NCBI GenBank assembly: GCA_036394575.1
Contig: DASWEY010000019.1
Span: 40,579-104,578, forward strand
Direction: 5' to 3'
Length of the DNA stretch: 64,000 nt
Origin: Usitatibacteraceae bacterium
GTDB taxonomy: Bacteria > Pseudomonadota > Gammaproteobacteria > Burkholderiales > Usitatibacteraceae
The position numbers were made by a program, and so were the translations under genes. The notes below the pieces were generated by a model. The model did not search any database, was not told where the DNA came from, and saw only the letters and a program-made list of their open reading frames with translations. Below, in pieces: positions 31,185 to 42,118 of the stretch. Each line of letters begins with the position of its first letter. Within the stretch, counting starts at the first letter, position 1.

Positions 31185-32195
31185 CTATGCCGCCTGATGC
31201 GTGGCCAGCGGACATTGCCGGGCATTGTCGCCGGTCTCGATCTGCACGGTCGGGTGGCCGATGCGGAAACGCAGCAACAATTCCCCGGCAAGGCCGGAAA
31301 AAAAATCATCGCCTGGATGCCCGGCGGGCATCACCAGATGCGCCGTCAGCGCGGTTTCCGTGGTGCTCATACCCCAGATATGCAGATCGTGGACTTCGCT
31401 GACGCCGGGCAGTGAGCACAGGTATTTCTTGACGGCGCCGGCATCGATGCCGGCAGGCACCGCCTGCAGGGCCAGCTGGATCGACTCGCGCAACAGACCC
31501 CAAGTGCTCCAGAGAATCACGACGGCGATGATGATGCTGACTGCGGAATCGAGCCATGGCCAGCCGAAGTAATACATCAGCACACCGACTGCCACCACGC
31601 CCAGCGACACGGCGGCATCGGCCGCCATATGCAGATAAGCGCCGCGCAGATTGAGATCATGCTCGCTGCCACGCATGAACAGCAGTGCGGTGGCGCCATT
31701 GATCACCACACCCGCCAAGGCTACCCAGATCACGGTGGCGCCTCCCACCGCCTCCGGATGAACCAGGCGCTGCGCGGCCTCCCATACGATCGCGCCGGTC
31801 GCCAGGATCAGCAGCATGGCATTGGCCAGCGCCGCCAGGATCGTGCTACCGCCCAGGCCATAGGTAAAGCGCGTGGACGGCCTGCGCAGCGCCAGGCGCA
31901 TCGCCCCCCAGGCCAGCACCAACCCGATCACATCGCCAAAATTATGGCCCGCATCGGCCAGCAGGGCGAGGGAGTTATCCCACAGGCCAAACACCGTCTC
32001 AATGACCACAAAGGCAATATTGAGAGCGACGCCGATCGCGAACGCGCGATTGGAACCGGGCACATGATGGTGATGACGGCCGCCGTGGTCCGCATCGTTG
32101 CTGTGATCGACCTCGCCTTCATGCCGATGGTCATGGCTATGCCCATGCTGATGATGCTGGTGCTGCTGCTGGTGATCGTGGTGGTCATGTGACAT
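31185..32195 (-). CDS. Cation diffusion facilitator (CzcD/ZitB-type) metal efflux transporter with His-rich N-terminus
   Basis: ORF track 378 aa (to 32321, GTG). The likely start is M43 (MSHDHHDHQQQHQHHQHGHSHDHRH). Six TM helices and a cytoplasmic C-terminal domain (VSEVHDLHIWGMS). Confidence 0.9.
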   Translation of the reverse strand: MSHDHHDHQQQHQHHQHGHSHDHRHEGEVDHSNDADHGGRHHHHVPGSNRAFAIGVALNIAFVVIETVFGLWDNSLALLADAGHNFGDVIGLVLAWGAMRLALRRPSTRFTYGLGGSTILAALANAMLLILATGAIVWEAAQRLVHPEAVGGATVIWVALAGVVINGATALLFMRGSEHDLNLRGAYLHMAADAAVSLGVVAVGVLMYYFGWPWLDSAVSIIIAVVILWSTWGLLRESIQLALQAVPAGIDAGAVKKYLCSLPGVSEVHDLHIWGMSTTETALTAHLVMPAGHPGDDFFSGLAGELLLRFRIGHPTVQIETGDNARQCPLATHQAA

Positions 32196-32661
32196 GGTGG
32201 GCCGATGGAAGATTGAAATGGGGCGAAGCGGAAGCTGCCGCCATTTTACCGGGTCGTGCCGAACACATGAAATATCGTCACGCGGAGGACAAAAACAAAC
32301 AGGCCGCGTCTTTTTGGACACGGCCTGTTGCGTTTGTTGTTGTGCTCTTGTGCGCCAAGAGGGGCGATCGGTTGCAAGGCGTTATTGATTCGCCTTGTGC
32401 AACCCCACTTTGCCTGTGATGCACGGGCGCGGCTGTGATATTGGACACATTTGACATTGTTTAACAATCGGAACGCCCAAACGAAAGGGCCGCCCAGTGG
32501 CGACTGCACCGCAAGAATTCCCAGCGAGATCGGGTCGGTCTCGCCTTAGGGCGATCCCGCCATCGCTGCGCGACCGCGCTATGCGCGTCCAAGCGAAGTC
32601 CACCGGACTTCGCTTAGTCGAACTCGGGCGCGTTCTTACAGGCCGGGGACATCAAAAAATG

Positions 32662-32689
32662 AAAAAGCCCGCACAAGGCGGGCTTTTTC
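32662..32689. terminator. Bidirectional rho-independent terminator downstream of tRNA-Glu
   Basis: aaaaaGCCCGCacaagGCGGGCttttt. Confidence 0.7.
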
Positions 32690-32695
32690 ATTTTT

Positions 32696-32771
32696 TGGCG
32701 TCCCCAGCGAGATTCGAACTCGCGTTACCGCCGTGAAAGGGCGATGTCCTAGGCCTCTAGACGATGGGGAC
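32696..32771 (-). tRNA. tRNA-Glu (anticodon UUC)
   Basis: Reverse complement GTCCCCATCGTCTAGAGGCCTAGGACATCGCCCTTTCACGGCGGTAACGCGAGTTCGAATCTCGCTGGGGACGCCA. Anticodon loop CTTTCAC. Confidence 0.92.
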
Positions 32772-32804
32772 TCATTCGTCAGTTACGGATGAAAAACAAT
32801 TTTG

Positions 32805-32880
<76 letters not shown>

Positions 32881-32960
32881 ACATGGAAGACGCGCATTAT
32901 AGCGGGCCGGCGGCACTTTTGCCAACCCCCATTGCCTCTCCAATTACTAAGGTAGGGAAT

Positions 32961-34358
32961 TCAAGGGCTATTGCCCGGCGCCAGCCTCGCCAGCACTTCG
33001 TCACGCCCGAGGACATCCATGATCGCGTCAATGGCCGGTGTCTGGGTCTGACCGGTCAAGAGCACTCGCAAGGGCATCATCAGCTGCGGCATTTTCAGGC
33101 CATGTTTGGCAACCTGCGCCTTGATGGCGGCGCCGATCTCGACCTTGTTCCAGTCGGTACCCGGCAGGACTTGCCGCAATTCGGCCATCGCCGGTTTCGC
33201 CCCGTCGGTCAAATGCTGGGCCAGCAGGGCCGCATCCGGTTGCGGGCGTCGATAGAAATAATGCGCCGCATCCGCCATCTCCACCAGGGTGGGTGCGCGC
33301 TCGCGCAGCAGTTCGGCAACGCGGACCAAGTCCGGTCCCTGACTCACGTCGAGCCCGGCGCGCGCCATGAACGGCACCAGTTGCCTGACCAGTTCGGCCG
33401 CTTCAGTACGCTTGATGTATTCGTGATTGAGCCACTTCAGTTTTTCGGTATTGAACTGCGCGGCCGAGGGCGTGATGTGGTCGAGGTCGAACCATGCGCA
33501 GAACTGCTGCATGGAAAAAATCTCTTCATCGCCATGCGACCAGCCGAGGCGGGCCAGATAATTCACCACCGCGTCACGCAGGAAACCGTCGGCCGGATAT
33601 TCCATCACGCTGACCGCGCCATGGCGCTTGGACAGCTTGTGGCCGTCGTCGCCGAGGATCATCGACAGATGCGCATACACCGGCAAGGCGGCGCCCAGCG
33701 CGGTCAGCACATTGATCTGCCGCGGGGTGTTGTTGACATGATCGTCGCCGCGAATGACGTGGGTGATGCGCATGTCCCAGTCGTCGACGCAGACGCAGAA
33801 ATTGTAGGTCGGGGTGCCGTCGGAGCGGGCGATAATGAAATCGTCGAGTTCGCGGTTGTCGAACTCGATGCGGCCTTTCACCCCGTCTTGCCAGGCAACC
33901 ACGCCGTCCAGCGGATTGCGAAAGCGCACCACCGGCTCCACACCCTTCGGCACCGGCAGCAGCACCTTGCCCGGCTCGGGGCGCCAGCGGCCGTCGTAGC
34001 GCGGCTTCTCTCCGCGCGCGCGCTGCGCCTCGCGCATCGCATCCAGTTCTTCCGGAGTGCAATAGCAGTGGTAGGCGGTACCGTTGGCGAGCATTTGCCG
34101 GATCACCTCCTTGTAGCGATCCATGCGCTGCATCTGGTAGAACGGGCCCTCGTCGTAATCCAGGCCCAGCCACTGCATGCCGTCGAGAATCGCCTGCACC
34201 GCCTCGGGGGTGGAGCGCTCGACATCGGTGTCCTCGATGCGCAGGATGAACTGGCCCCGGTGACGGCGGGCATAGGCCCAGGCGAACAGGGCGGTGCGGC
34301 CGCCGCCGATATGCAGGAAGCCGGTGGGGCTGGGGGCGAAGCGGGTTCTGACGGTCAT
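32961..34358 (-). CDS. gltX: Glutamyl-tRNA synthetase
   Basis: 465 aa. HIGH-type [10 protein letters not shown] and KMSKS-type KLSKRHG. Confidence 0.95.
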   Translation of the reverse strand: MTVRTRFAPSPTGFLHIGGGRTALFAWAYARRHRGQFILRIEDTDVERSTPEAVQAILDGMQWLGLDYDEGPFYQMQRMDRYKEVIRQMLANGTAYHCYCTPEELDAMREAQRARGEKPRYDGRWRPEPGKVLLPVPKGVEPVVRFRNPLDGVVAWQDGVKGRIEFDNRELDDFIIARSDGTPTYNFCVCVDDWDMRITHVIRGDDHVNNTPRQINVLTALGAALPVYAHLSMILGDDGHKLSKRHGAVSVMEYPADGFLRDAVVNYLARLGWSHGDEEIFSMQQFCAWFDLDHITPSAAQFNTEKLKWLNHEYIKRTEAAELVRQLVPFMARAGLDVSQGPDLVRVAELLRERAPTLVEMADAAHYFYRRPQPDAALLAQHLTDGAKPAMAELRQVLPGTDWNKVEIGAAIKAQVAKHGLKMPQLMMPLRVLLTGQTQTPAIDAIMDVLGRDEVLARLAPGNSP

Positions 34359-34388
34359 TGATGAAATTTCTTGAAAACGCAGGATGGA

Positions 34389-34955
34389 TTACATCTTGGG
34401 CAGGGTGACGCCCTTCTGCCCCTGGTATTTGCCGCCGCGGTCCTTGTACGAGGTTTCGCACACTTCATCGCTCTCGAAAAACAGCACCTGGGCCACGCCC
34501 TCGTTGGCGTAGATCTTGGCGGGCAGCGGCGTGGTGTTGGAGAACTCCAGGGTCACATAACCTTCCCATTCCGGCTCGAAGGGCGTGACGTTGACGATGA
34601 TGCCGCAGCGCGCATAGGTCGATTTGCCCAGACAGATGGTCAGCACATTGCGCGGGATGCGGAAGTATTCGACGGTACGCGCCAGCGCGAAGGAGTTCGG
34701 CGGGATGATGCAGAAGTCGGCCTTGATGTCGACAAAGGATTTGTCGTCGAAGTTCTTGGGGTCGACGATGGTCGAATTGAGGTTGGTGAACAGCTTGAAT
34801 TCGTTCGAGCAGCGGATATCGTAGCCGTAGCTGGAGGTGCCGTAACTGACGATGCGGTGGCCATTGGCCTCGCGCACCTGGCCGGATTCATAGGGCTCGA
34901 TCATGCCGTGCTGCTTGGCCATCCTGCGGATCCATTTATCGCTTTTGATGCTCAC
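34389..34955 (-). CDS. dcd: dCTP deaminase
   Basis: 188 aa. [23 protein letters not shown]...SYGYDIRC...[21 protein letters not shown]. Confidence 0.95.
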   Translation of the reverse strand: MSIKSDKWIRRMAKQHGMIEPYESGQVREANGHRIVSYGTSSYGYDIRCSNEFKLFTNLNSTIVDPKNFDDKSFVDIKADFCIIPPNSFALARTVEYFRIPRNVLTICLGKSTYARCGIIVNVTPFEPEWEGYVTLEFSNTTPLPAKIYANEGVAQVLFFESDEVCETSYKDRGGKYQGQKGVTLPKM

Positions 34956-34989
34956 GCGTCGTTCTCCCTGGTCGAATCGTTGTCTTTAT

Positions 34990-35310
34990 CTATGCGGAGT
35001 GTAGCCGATGGCTGTCGGTTTCATACGTCACCACCGTGACGTCCGCACCGGCGGCCCGCAGCGGCCTCAATTGCTGGTATTCGCTCGAGTGGTACCAGCG
35101 GTGCAATGATTCCATATTGTCGAAGCGCAGCACCACCAGACGCTCGAATTCCGCCTTCAGTTCGCCGGGGTTGCTGAGTATTTCCTGCTGCAGGCCGCGC
35201 AGCAATATCTCACCGCCATAGGCGATGATGGTGGCGTCGACCTGGTCGAGATAGTCGTGCCATTTTTCGGCATCGCGGATTTTGATATGCCCGGTGAGGT
35301 AGGCCGCCAT
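34990..35310 (-). CDS. DUF1330 domain protein
   Basis: Within ORF 34990..35424. Likely start M39 (MAAYLTGHIKIRDAEKWHDYL...RWYHSSEYQQLRPLR). Confidence 0.75.
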   Translation of the reverse strand: MAAYLTGHIKIRDAEKWHDYLDQVDATIIAYGGEILLRGLQQEILSNPGELKAEFERLVVLRFDNMESLHRWYHSSEYQQLRPLRAAGADVTVVTYETDSHRLHSA

Positions 35311-35320
35311 GGATGATCGC

Positions 35321-35833
35321 TCAGTCGTCGTAGGGTGCGTTATCGGGAAGATCGGGCGAGGCCGCGTAATGCGCGATCGCCGCGCCATAACGTTTGGTGG
35401 CAGGCTCCCGGGAATACTCGGCAATATGGGCCAGCAACAGCGTCATCGAGTCGCGATGCCGGCCCAGGTTGTACAGGCTGAGCGCCAGGAACACCTTGAA
35501 TTCCGGGGCATCCGGAAACCGGGCGATGCCTTTTTCCAGTGTCCTGACCGAATCGGTGATGCGGCCTGTACAACGATACGAACTCCCCAGCCCGAGCAGG
35601 GCGCCACGCAAATCTTCGCCGCCCAGGCCGTTCTCCAGCGCAAATTCGTAATGCGGAATGGCCTCTTCTTCCATGCCCTGCGGATCATAGGTGCAGGCCA
35701 GCTCGTAATTCACCTGCGGATCGCGCGGATGGGCCTTGTACAGATCGAGCAAGATCGCCAGCGCCTCGGTGAATTTCGATTCGCGCCGCAGGCTGGCGGC
35801 ACGTTTGATGGCCGCTTTCAGGCGATCCGGCAT
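35321..35833 (-). CDS. Tetratricopeptide-repeat protein
   Basis: 170 aa. TPR-like helical repeats (FTEALAILLDLYKAHPRDPQVNYELACTYD...). No specific function assignable. Confidence 0.7.
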   Translation of the reverse strand: MPDRLKAAIKRAASLRRESKFTEALAILLDLYKAHPRDPQVNYELACTYDPQGMEEEAIPHYEFALENGLGGEDLRGALLGLGSSYRCTGRITDSVRTLEKGIARFPDAPEFKVFLALSLYNLGRHRDSMTLLLAHIAEYSREPATKRYGAAIAHYAASPDLPDNAPYDD

Positions 35834-35839
35834 GCTGGC

Positions 35840-36928
35840 CTAGGTATTTTGGATAACGATTTTCGGGAACACGCTGGTGCGATCCTGCGACTGCTTGGCG
35901 ATTTTGGCCGCGCATTTGCGGGCAATTTCCTTGTAAATCTTCGTGATCGGCCCGTCGGGATCCGACACCACCGTCGGCTTGCCGCCATCGGCCATCTGCC
36001 GGATGCTCATGTCCAGCGGCAGGGAACCCAGCATCTCGATGTTGTAATCCTTCGCCATCCTGGCGCCGCCGCCTTCGCCGAAAATATGTTCGATATGACC
36101 GCAGTTCGAGCACACATGCATGGCCATGTTCTCGACGATGCCGATGATCGGCACGCCGACCTTCTCGAACATCTTCAGGCCCTTGCGCGCATCCAGCAGG
36201 GCAATGTCCTGCGGCGTGGTGACGATCACCGCGCCGGTGACCGGCACTTTCTGCGCCAGCGTCAGCTGGATGTCGCCGGTGCCGGGGGGCAGATCGACCA
36301 CCAGGTAATCGAGGTCGTTCCAGCGCGTTTCGTTCAGCAGCTGCTCCAGCGCCTGGGTGACCATCGGCCCGCGCCAGACCATCGGCGTTTCCGGATCGAT
36401 CAGGAAACCCACGCTCATCGCCTGGATGCCGTGGCCTTCCAGCGGCTCCATGGTCTTGCCGTCGCGCGACTGCGGGCGGCCGGTGATGCCCAGCATCATC
36501 GGCTGCGAGGGCCCGTAGATATCGGCATCGAGCATGCCCACCACCGCGCCTTCGGCCGCGAGGGCGAGCGCCAGGTTCACCGCCGTGGTGCTCTTGCCCA
36601 CCCCGCCCTTGCCGGAGGCCACCGCGATGATGTTCTTGATGCCCGGCACCAGCTTCACGCCGCGCTGCACGCTGTGCGAGACGATCTTCGAATACACATT
36701 GACCGAGACGTTTTCCACGCCGGCGATTTTTTTCAGCCGCTCGGTGACCTGCCTGCGGATGGACTCGGTGACGCTTTTACCCGGATAGCCCAGCACAATT
36801 TCCAGCGAAACGAAGCCGCCCTCGATCTTGATGTTCCGGGCCTGCTTGCCCTCGACGAAGTTTTCATCGGTGACGGGATCGATCAATTCGCGCAAGGCGT
36901 TCTGGATGGTTTCTGCGGTGATGCTCAT
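35840..36928 (-). CDS. apbC: Fe-S cluster carrier ATPase ApbC/Mrp
   Basis: 362 aa. Deviant Walker A ASGKGGVGKST and CxxC CSNCGH. Confidence 0.92.
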   Translation of the reverse strand: MSITAETIQNALRELIDPVTDENFVEGKQARNIKIEGGFVSLEIVLGYPGKSVTESIRRQVTERLKKIAGVENVSVNVYSKIVSHSVQRGVKLVPGIKNIIAVASGKGGVGKSTTAVNLALALAAEGAVVGMLDADIYGPSQPMMLGITGRPQSRDGKTMEPLEGHGIQAMSVGFLIDPETPMVWRGPMVTQALEQLLNETRWNDLDYLVVDLPPGTGDIQLTLAQKVPVTGAVIVTTPQDIALLDARKGLKMFEKVGVPIIGIVENMAMHVCSNCGHIEHIFGEGGGARMAKDYNIEMLGSLPLDMSIRQMADGGKPTVVSDPDGPITKIYKEIARKCAAKIAKQSQDRTSVFPKIVIQNT

Positions 36929-37141
36929 GGGCTGCCGATCAATTCATTGAAATATGTAAAAGCGGAGCAATATTTTATCGGAAAGACGTGTGTCGCACCC
37001 CTTCTTTGTGTACCTATTTGCGGAAGGGCTTGATACAATCGACACCACAAAAATTATTCAAATCAGTCACTAACCGCATTCAGCCGCCCATCGACGTCGC
37101 AACGTCCGCCGGGCAGCGCACCGAGCGCCGCAAATACCCTG

Positions 37142-39316
37142 ATGTCCCGCAAACTTTTCGTTACCACCGCCCTGCCCTACGCCAACGGCCCGTTCCATAT
37201 CGGCCACATCATGGAATACATCCAGGCGGATATCTGGGTACGGTTTCAGCGCATGCAAGGCAATGAGGTGCATTTTGTCTGTGCCGACGACGCGCACGGC
37301 GCGCCGATCATGCTCAAGGCCGAAGCCAGCGGCGTCACGCCCGAGCAGCTGGTCGCCAGCATCGCCGCGCAGCGGCCGCGTTCGCTCAACGGCTTCCATA
37401 TCGGCTTCGACCACTGGCATTCCACCCACTCGCCGGAGAACGTGGCGCTGTCGCAGGACATCTACAAAAAACTGAAGGCGGCCAAGCTGATCGCCACCCG
37501 CTCGATCGAGCAGTTCTACGATCCGGTCAAGGGCATGTTCCTGGCCGACCGCTACATCAAGGGCGAGTGTCCCAAATGCGGCACCAAGGACCAGTACGGC
37601 GACGCCTGCGAGAACTGCGGCGCGGTCTATGCGCCCACCGATCTGAAAAATCCCTATTCGACCATCACCGGCGCCAAGCCGGTGCTGAAAAGCTCCGAGC
37701 ATTTTTTCTTCAAGCTCTCGGACAAGAAATGCGTGCAGTTCCTGCAGGATTGGGTGAAGGAAACGCCGTTGCAACCCGAGGTCGTCAACAAGCTGGCGGA
37801 GTGGCTGGGCGACGACGGCAAGAACTTCAACGACTGGGACATCTCGCGCGACGCACCCTACTTCGGCATCGATATCCCCGATGCGCCGGGCAAATATTTT
37901 TACGTCTGGCTGGATGCGCCGGTTGGTTACCTGGCCAGCCTGAAAGCCTATTTCGATTCCGGCAAGGCCCATGCACGCGGCGAGAAACGCAGCTTCGATG
38001 AATTCATGGCCGACGACAAGGTCGAGCAGTATCACTTCATCGGCAAGGACATCGTCTATTTCCACACCCTGTTCTGGCCGGCCATGCTCAAGTTTGCCGG
38101 CCGCAAGGTGCCGAACAATGTGTTCGTGCACGGCTTTTTGCAGGTCACCGGCGAGAAGATGTCGAAGTCGCGCGGCATCGGCTTCGGCCCCGACAGATAC
38201 CTCGATCTGCACCTCAATCCCGAATGGCTGCGCTATTACATCGCCGCCAAGCTGAACGACAAGGTCGAGGACCTCGATTTCAATCCGGACGATTTCCTGG
38301 CGCGCGTCAACAGCGACCTGATCGGCAAGTATGTGAACATCGCCAGCCGCGCGGCCGGGTTCATCAGCAAGAAATTCGGCGGCAAGCTCGTCAAGCCGGT
38401 GCTGCCGGCCGAGGTGGCCAGGGAATTCGCCGCGGCGGCACCGGAGATTGCGGGCTATTACGACGGCCGCGAATTCGGCAAGGCGATCCGCAAGATCATG
38501 GCGCTGGCCGATCTGGCCAATCAGTATGTCGATGCCAACAAACCCTGGGAACTCGCCAAGCTTGAAGGTCGCGACGCGGAGTTGCATACTGTGTGCTCGA
38601 CATGCATCGCCATGTTCCGCGATCTCACGGTATATTTGGCGCCTGTGCTGCCGGAACTTGCAGCCAACGCCGGCGCGATGTTCAATTTCGACGCACTCGA
38701 CTGGAAAGCATTGGCGAAGACCTTGCCATCCGGCCATGAAATCAAACCGTACAAACACTTAATGTCACGCATCGACCCCAAACAAATCGACGCCTTGCTC
38801 GAACCCGGTGCAGAAGCCGCAGCCGCGGCGGATGCCATCGCCAAGGCCGCCGCCAAGCCTGATAAGGCCGCCAAGCCTGCCGACGGCAAGGTGGAAGCCA
38901 AAACCGCCAATAATGATTTGCCCGCGACCGGCGGTGACTTCGCCCTGGTCGCGCCGGAGCCGCCGAAACCGGTCGTCATCCAGGAAATTTCGGAGACGAT
39001 TTCGATCGACGATTTTGCACGCATCGATTTGCGTGTCGCCAAAATCCTCGATGCCGAACTGGTGGTCGAGGCCGACAAACTGCTGAAGCTCACGCTGGAC
39101 CTGGGTATTGAACAGCGCACCGTGTTCGCCGGCATCCGTTCCGCCTACAACCCCAAACACCTGGTCGGCCGCCTGACGGTGATGGTCGCCAACCTCGCGC
39201 CGCGCAAGATGCGCTTCGGCGAATCGCAGGGCATGGTGCTGGCCGCCGGCGACGGCACCGGCATCTATCTGCTCTCGCCGGACTCCGGCGCGGTGCCGGG
39301 GATGCGCATTAAATGA
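37142..39316 (+). CDS. metG: Methionyl-tRNA synthetase (with C-terminal tRNA-binding domain)
   Basis: 724 aa. ANGPFHIGH, zinc knuckles CPKCG/CENCG, KMSKS, C-terminal Trbp111/EMAP-like domain. Confidence 0.95.
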   Translation: MSRKLFVTTALPYANGPFHIGHIMEYIQADIWVRFQRMQGNEVHFVCADDAHGAPIMLKAEASGVTPEQLVASIAAQRPRSLNGFHIGFDHWHSTHSPENVALSQDIYKKLKAAKLIATRSIEQFYDPVKGMFLADRYIKGECPKCGTKDQYGDACENCGAVYAPTDLKNPYSTITGAKPVLKSSEHFFFKLSDKKCVQFLQDWVKETPLQPEVVNKLAEWLGDDGKNFNDWDISRDAPYFGIDIPDAPGKYFYVWLDAPVGYLASLKAYFDSGKAHARGEKRSFDEFMADDKVEQYHFIGKDIVYFHTLFWPAMLKFAGRKVPNNVFVHGFLQVTGEKMSKSRGIGFGPDRYLDLHLNPEWLRYYIAAKLNDKVEDLDFNPDDFLARVNSDLIGKYVNIASRAAGFISKKFGGKLVKPVLPAEVAREFAAAAPEIAGYYDGREFGKAIRKIMALADLANQYVDANKPWELAKLEGRDAELHTVCSTCIAMFRDLTVYLAPVLPELAANAGAMFNFDALDWKALAKTLPSGHEIKPYKHLMSRIDPKQIDALLEPGAEAAAAADAIAKAAAKPDKAAKPADGKVEAKTANNDLPATGGDFALVAPEPPKPVVIQEISETISIDDFARIDLRVAKILDAELVVEADKLLKLTLDLGIEQRTVFAGIRSAYNPKHLVGRLTVMVANLAPRKMRFGESQGMVLAAGDGTGIYLLSPDSGAVPGMRIK

Positions 39317-39789
39317 CGCAGTCGACCCGGGATTCAGGTGCGAAGCGCCTGGAAGCCCGGCAGTCGCTGCGTCATCCCGGCGAAGGCCGCGCCTCTGCCA
39401 AGCCCGCAGTTTCTCCCTCCCGCGAGTTGCCGCTGCGGCTGCCGCCATACGCGGTGGATCGCGAGACGCTTGAAAACGAAGCGCGCATCGACACCTACCG
39501 CGCCAGCGGTCCCGGTGGCCAGCACGTCAACAAGACCAATTCCGCCATCCGCATCACGCACCTGCCATCGGGCGTGGTGGTGATCGCACAGGATTCCTCT
39601 TCGCAATTCCGCAACAAGAACGTTGCCTTCGAGCGCCTCATCGAGAAGCTGGCCAAGCTCAATCACGTGCCGAAGAAGCGTTTCGCAACCAAGCCGACGC
39701 GCGCTTCCAAAGAACGGCGCATCGAGGCGAAGAAAACGCGCACCGTGGTCAAGAACCAGCGCAGTCGCAAGATTTCGCATGATGAGTAA
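39313..39789 (+). CDS. arfB: GGQ-domain peptidyl-tRNA hydrolase, ArfB (YaeJ)-like ribosome rescue factor
   Basis: 158 aa. [24 protein letters not shown] and a basic C-terminal tail [27 protein letters not shown] like ArfB. The ATG overlaps the metG stop (ATGA). The N-terminus is about 45 aa longer than E. coli ArfB, so the true start is uncertain. Confidence 0.75.
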   Translation: MTQSTRDSGAKRLEARQSLRHPGEGRASAKPAVSPSRELPLRLPPYAVDRETLENEARIDTYRASGPGGQHVNKTNSAIRITHLPSGVVVIAQDSSSQFRNKNVAFERLIEKLAKLNHVPKKRFATKPTRASKERRIEAKKTRTVVKNQRSRKISHDE

Positions 39790-40120
39790 CGAGACCGACA
39801 ATATCAACGAGAGCGGCTGGCAGGGCGGCGACGAAATCATCACCCTGCACCTGTCGATCACCGGTCGTGTGCAAGGCGTCGGCTTTCGCGAATCGATGCG
39901 CCTGATCGCGCAGGCCTTGAACGTCACCGGCTGGGTGCGCAATCTCGCCGATGGCAGCGTCGAAGCCACCGTGCAGGGCGAGGAGGCCGCGGTCGAGCAG
40001 CTCGTCAACTGGTGCCACAACGGCCCGCCCGGCGCCAATGTGAAATACGTGAACGCGCGCGCCGTCGAGGATGCCGAAACCTATATCGCGTTTTCGCGCT
40101 GGGCCAGTACCGAACGCTAG
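39779..40120 (+). CDS. acyP: Acylphosphatase
   Basis: Within ORF 39623..40120. Start at [20 protein letters not shown]...[19 protein letters not shown]. Confidence 0.85.
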   Translation: MMSNETDNINESGWQGGDEIITLHLSITGRVQGVGFRESMRLIAQALNVTGWVRNLADGSVEATVQGEEAAVEQLVNWCHNGPPGANVKYVNARAVEDAETYIAFSRWASTER

Positions 40121-40127
40121 CGAGCCT

Positions 40128-40218
40128 TCGATTTAAAAATAAAACTCCAGCATTGGCGCGGTGTTTGAGGCATTTTTGCTCCAGAAGCCGCGCCAAATGG
40201 CGACCCGAGATTTTTGGA
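40128..40218 (-). repeat. Family-1 repeat, copy 8 (reverse orientation, A-loop form)
   Basis: cgatttaaaaataaaaCTCCAGCATTGGCGCGGtgtttgaggCATTTTTGctccagaagCCGCGCCAAATGGCGacccgagattttt. Confidence 0.8.
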
Positions 40219-40368
40219 CACTTCTCGAAACCTCAAATAGTCGTCATTCCAGCTTATTTTGGTAAATGAGCTGGAATCCAGTCCTTCGTTGAATCAAACG
40301 CTTGGACGGACTTGGGGCGAAAGCATGCTTTCGCGCCCGCGCCGGGACGACGAGGTTTTTGGAAGTCC
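40216..40368. repeat. MITE-like unit bounded by ~17-nt inverted repeats, containing a family-2 REP hairpin (40240-40284)
   Basis: Left arm ggacacttctcgaaacctc. Right arm gaggtttttggaagtcc. The interior holds GTCGTCATTCCAGCttattttggtaaatgaGCTGGAATCCAGTCC and a gaaagcatgctttc hairpin. The arms are homologous to those at 56919/57024. Confidence 0.5.
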
Positions 40369-40436
40369 CCATTTCCGCCCGCGTCAAGCGAATCACGGTA
40401 ACGGAAGGTCCCGGCCCGCCGAGATTTCAGCGCGGC

Positions 40437-40925
40437 TCATTGCAGCTGCAATTCGAGGAACGCCGCTCCCGGGACAGGGTTGAACCGGTAAGGCGAAACA
40501 GGCTTGAAGCCCAGCGACAGGTACAGGGCATGCGCCGCCGCCATCGAAGGCAGCGTATCCAGCAGCAAGCTGCGGTATCCCAGTTGCCTGGCCGCGGTCA
40601 CGATGCCTTCCACCAACAGACGTCCAACGCCTTGCCCGCGCATGTCGGGGCTCGCATACAAGCGTTTGATTTCGCCGACGCCCTCCGAGAATTGCCGCAC
40701 GCCGACACAGCCGACATAAACGCCCGACTGCGCGGCGAGCAGAAAAGCGCCCGCCGGCGGGGAGTACTGGCTGGCAAGATGCGCCAATTCGTGCGCGAGA
40801 TGCTGAAACGAAAGGTCCAGGTCCAGGGACGCCGCATACTCTTCGATCAGTTGCCGCGCCTGACCCCAGTCTTCCTCCGATTGCGGCGACACAAGACGAA
40901 TCGTCACCCTTTTCTCCCGGGACAT
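40437..40925 (-). CDS. GNAT-family N-acetyltransferase
   Basis: Within ORF 40437..40991. Likely start M23 (MSREKRVTIRL). Acetyl-CoA motif RGQGVGRLLV. Confidence 0.8.
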   Translation of the reverse strand: MSREKRVTIRLVSPQSEEDWGQARQLIEEYAASLDLDLSFQHLAHELAHLASQYSPPAGAFLLAAQSGVYVGCVGVRQFSEGVGEIKRLYASPDMRGQGVGRLLVEGIVTAARQLGYRSLLLDTLPSMAAAHALYLSLGFKPVSPYRFNPVPGAAFLELQLQ

Positions 40926-41114
40926 CCACCCCTCTTCCGGAACATGCATGGGACCGATATATGTTGAAGCAAACGTTTCGTCATTTACCACCCTGGATTT
41001 TCAAATCGCTGCCGGTCATTCGCGGCCGCCGCGCTCAATGAGGGCAGGAGCGCGTTGACGGCGTCTGGCCCAACCAAACCTATCGAGCGGCCCCGCAAAT
41101 TCCGGTTTGCCTGC

Positions 41115-41660
41115 TCATGGCCGCGCATCGTAGAAATAATAGGCCGCCGTATACGGCACCCGCACCTCGCTGCCTGCCTGTGCCTCGCTGCACGCGGCGG
41201 CAGGTGCCTTGCCACCGACGGTACGCACCCGCTGGATGCTTAGCGTATGGCCGAAGACGCCGTTGCCCGCGTTCGATTTCGCTTTCAGCAACAGCCAGGG
41301 AATGGCATTGGCATCGGGGCCGTCATCGCGCGCCTTGACTTCGCCGACCACCTTGCTGCCGTCGTTCGATTCCCAGGTCGGGCCGGCATAGTGCTTGCCG
41401 ATCCGGGTTCCAGCGTGGTCGAACAGATCGGCTTCCGGCGCCTTGAAGGCCCACTCGAAGCGCGCCGGATCGGCCTTGCCGGCGCTGCATACATAAATTT
41501 GCACGCCGGTGGCGGCCACCTCGAGCGCGGGCACCTGATCCGCCGGCGCCCTGAGGTTGTCGGCGACGGCCGGCGCCGTTATGCCCCCGGCAGCGGCACA
41601 GCCGGCGAGCAGCACTGCGGCTGCGACCATCATCATCGTGATCACGTTTTGTGTCTTCAT
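41115..41660 (-). CDS. DUF3455-domain lipoprotein
   Basis: Within ORF 41115..41678. Start M7 (MKTQNVITMMMVAAAVLLAGC, lipobox LAGC). GVQIYVC...HYAGPTWESNDGSKV...IPWLLLKA matches DUF3455 from memory. Confidence 0.7.
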   Translation of the reverse strand: MKTQNVITMMMVAAAVLLAGCAAAGGITAPAVADNLRAPADQVPALEVAATGVQIYVCSAGKADPARFEWAFKAPEADLFDHAGTRIGKHYAGPTWESNDGSKVVGEVKARDDGPDANAIPWLLLKAKSNAGNGVFGHTLSIQRVRTVGGKAPAAACSEAQAGSEVRVPYTAAYYFYDARP

Positions 41661-42118
41661 GGTTGATGCACCTTTCATGGGTTACCGCTTCGGCAGGAAA
41701 ATAACGGGAAAATAACAGGAAAATATTCAGACGAAACCGTTTTACGTCGGGGACACCTATCTGGATGCAATCCTTATCTCCTTATCGTATCGCGTCAGCC
41801 GCTTTGCCGACCAGGACCTGGTAATGCACTGGTCCTCATTGTCCATTAGTCCCTGTAGCCTCTTTTTCTCAGCGTGAATACTTGGTGGCGCCACGCGCCC
41901 GGCAACGCACCTCCGCCCAACAATGGCGCAAACGATGTCGCCGCCACCCCTTTTGGTGCGAAGCCGTCCGCGTTCGCGCACTGCGCATCTATCGCCATCG
42001 CCGCGCGCATCGCGATCAGGGTATGGTCACACGGCATTCCCGGCACGGCGCTTGCTCATTACCCTGGCCGTCACGGCCAATGAAAAAAACCCGATAACAA
42101 ATTTCGAGAGGAAAATAA

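Noticed and set aside
31185-32195. The His-rich N-terminus of the CDF transporter (HDHHDHQQQHQHHQHGHSHDHRH), considered as an unusual low-complexity insertion.
   Set aside because: Histidine-rich cytoplasmic tails are a common metal-binding feature of CzcD/ZitB-type CDF transporters, so this is not anomalous.
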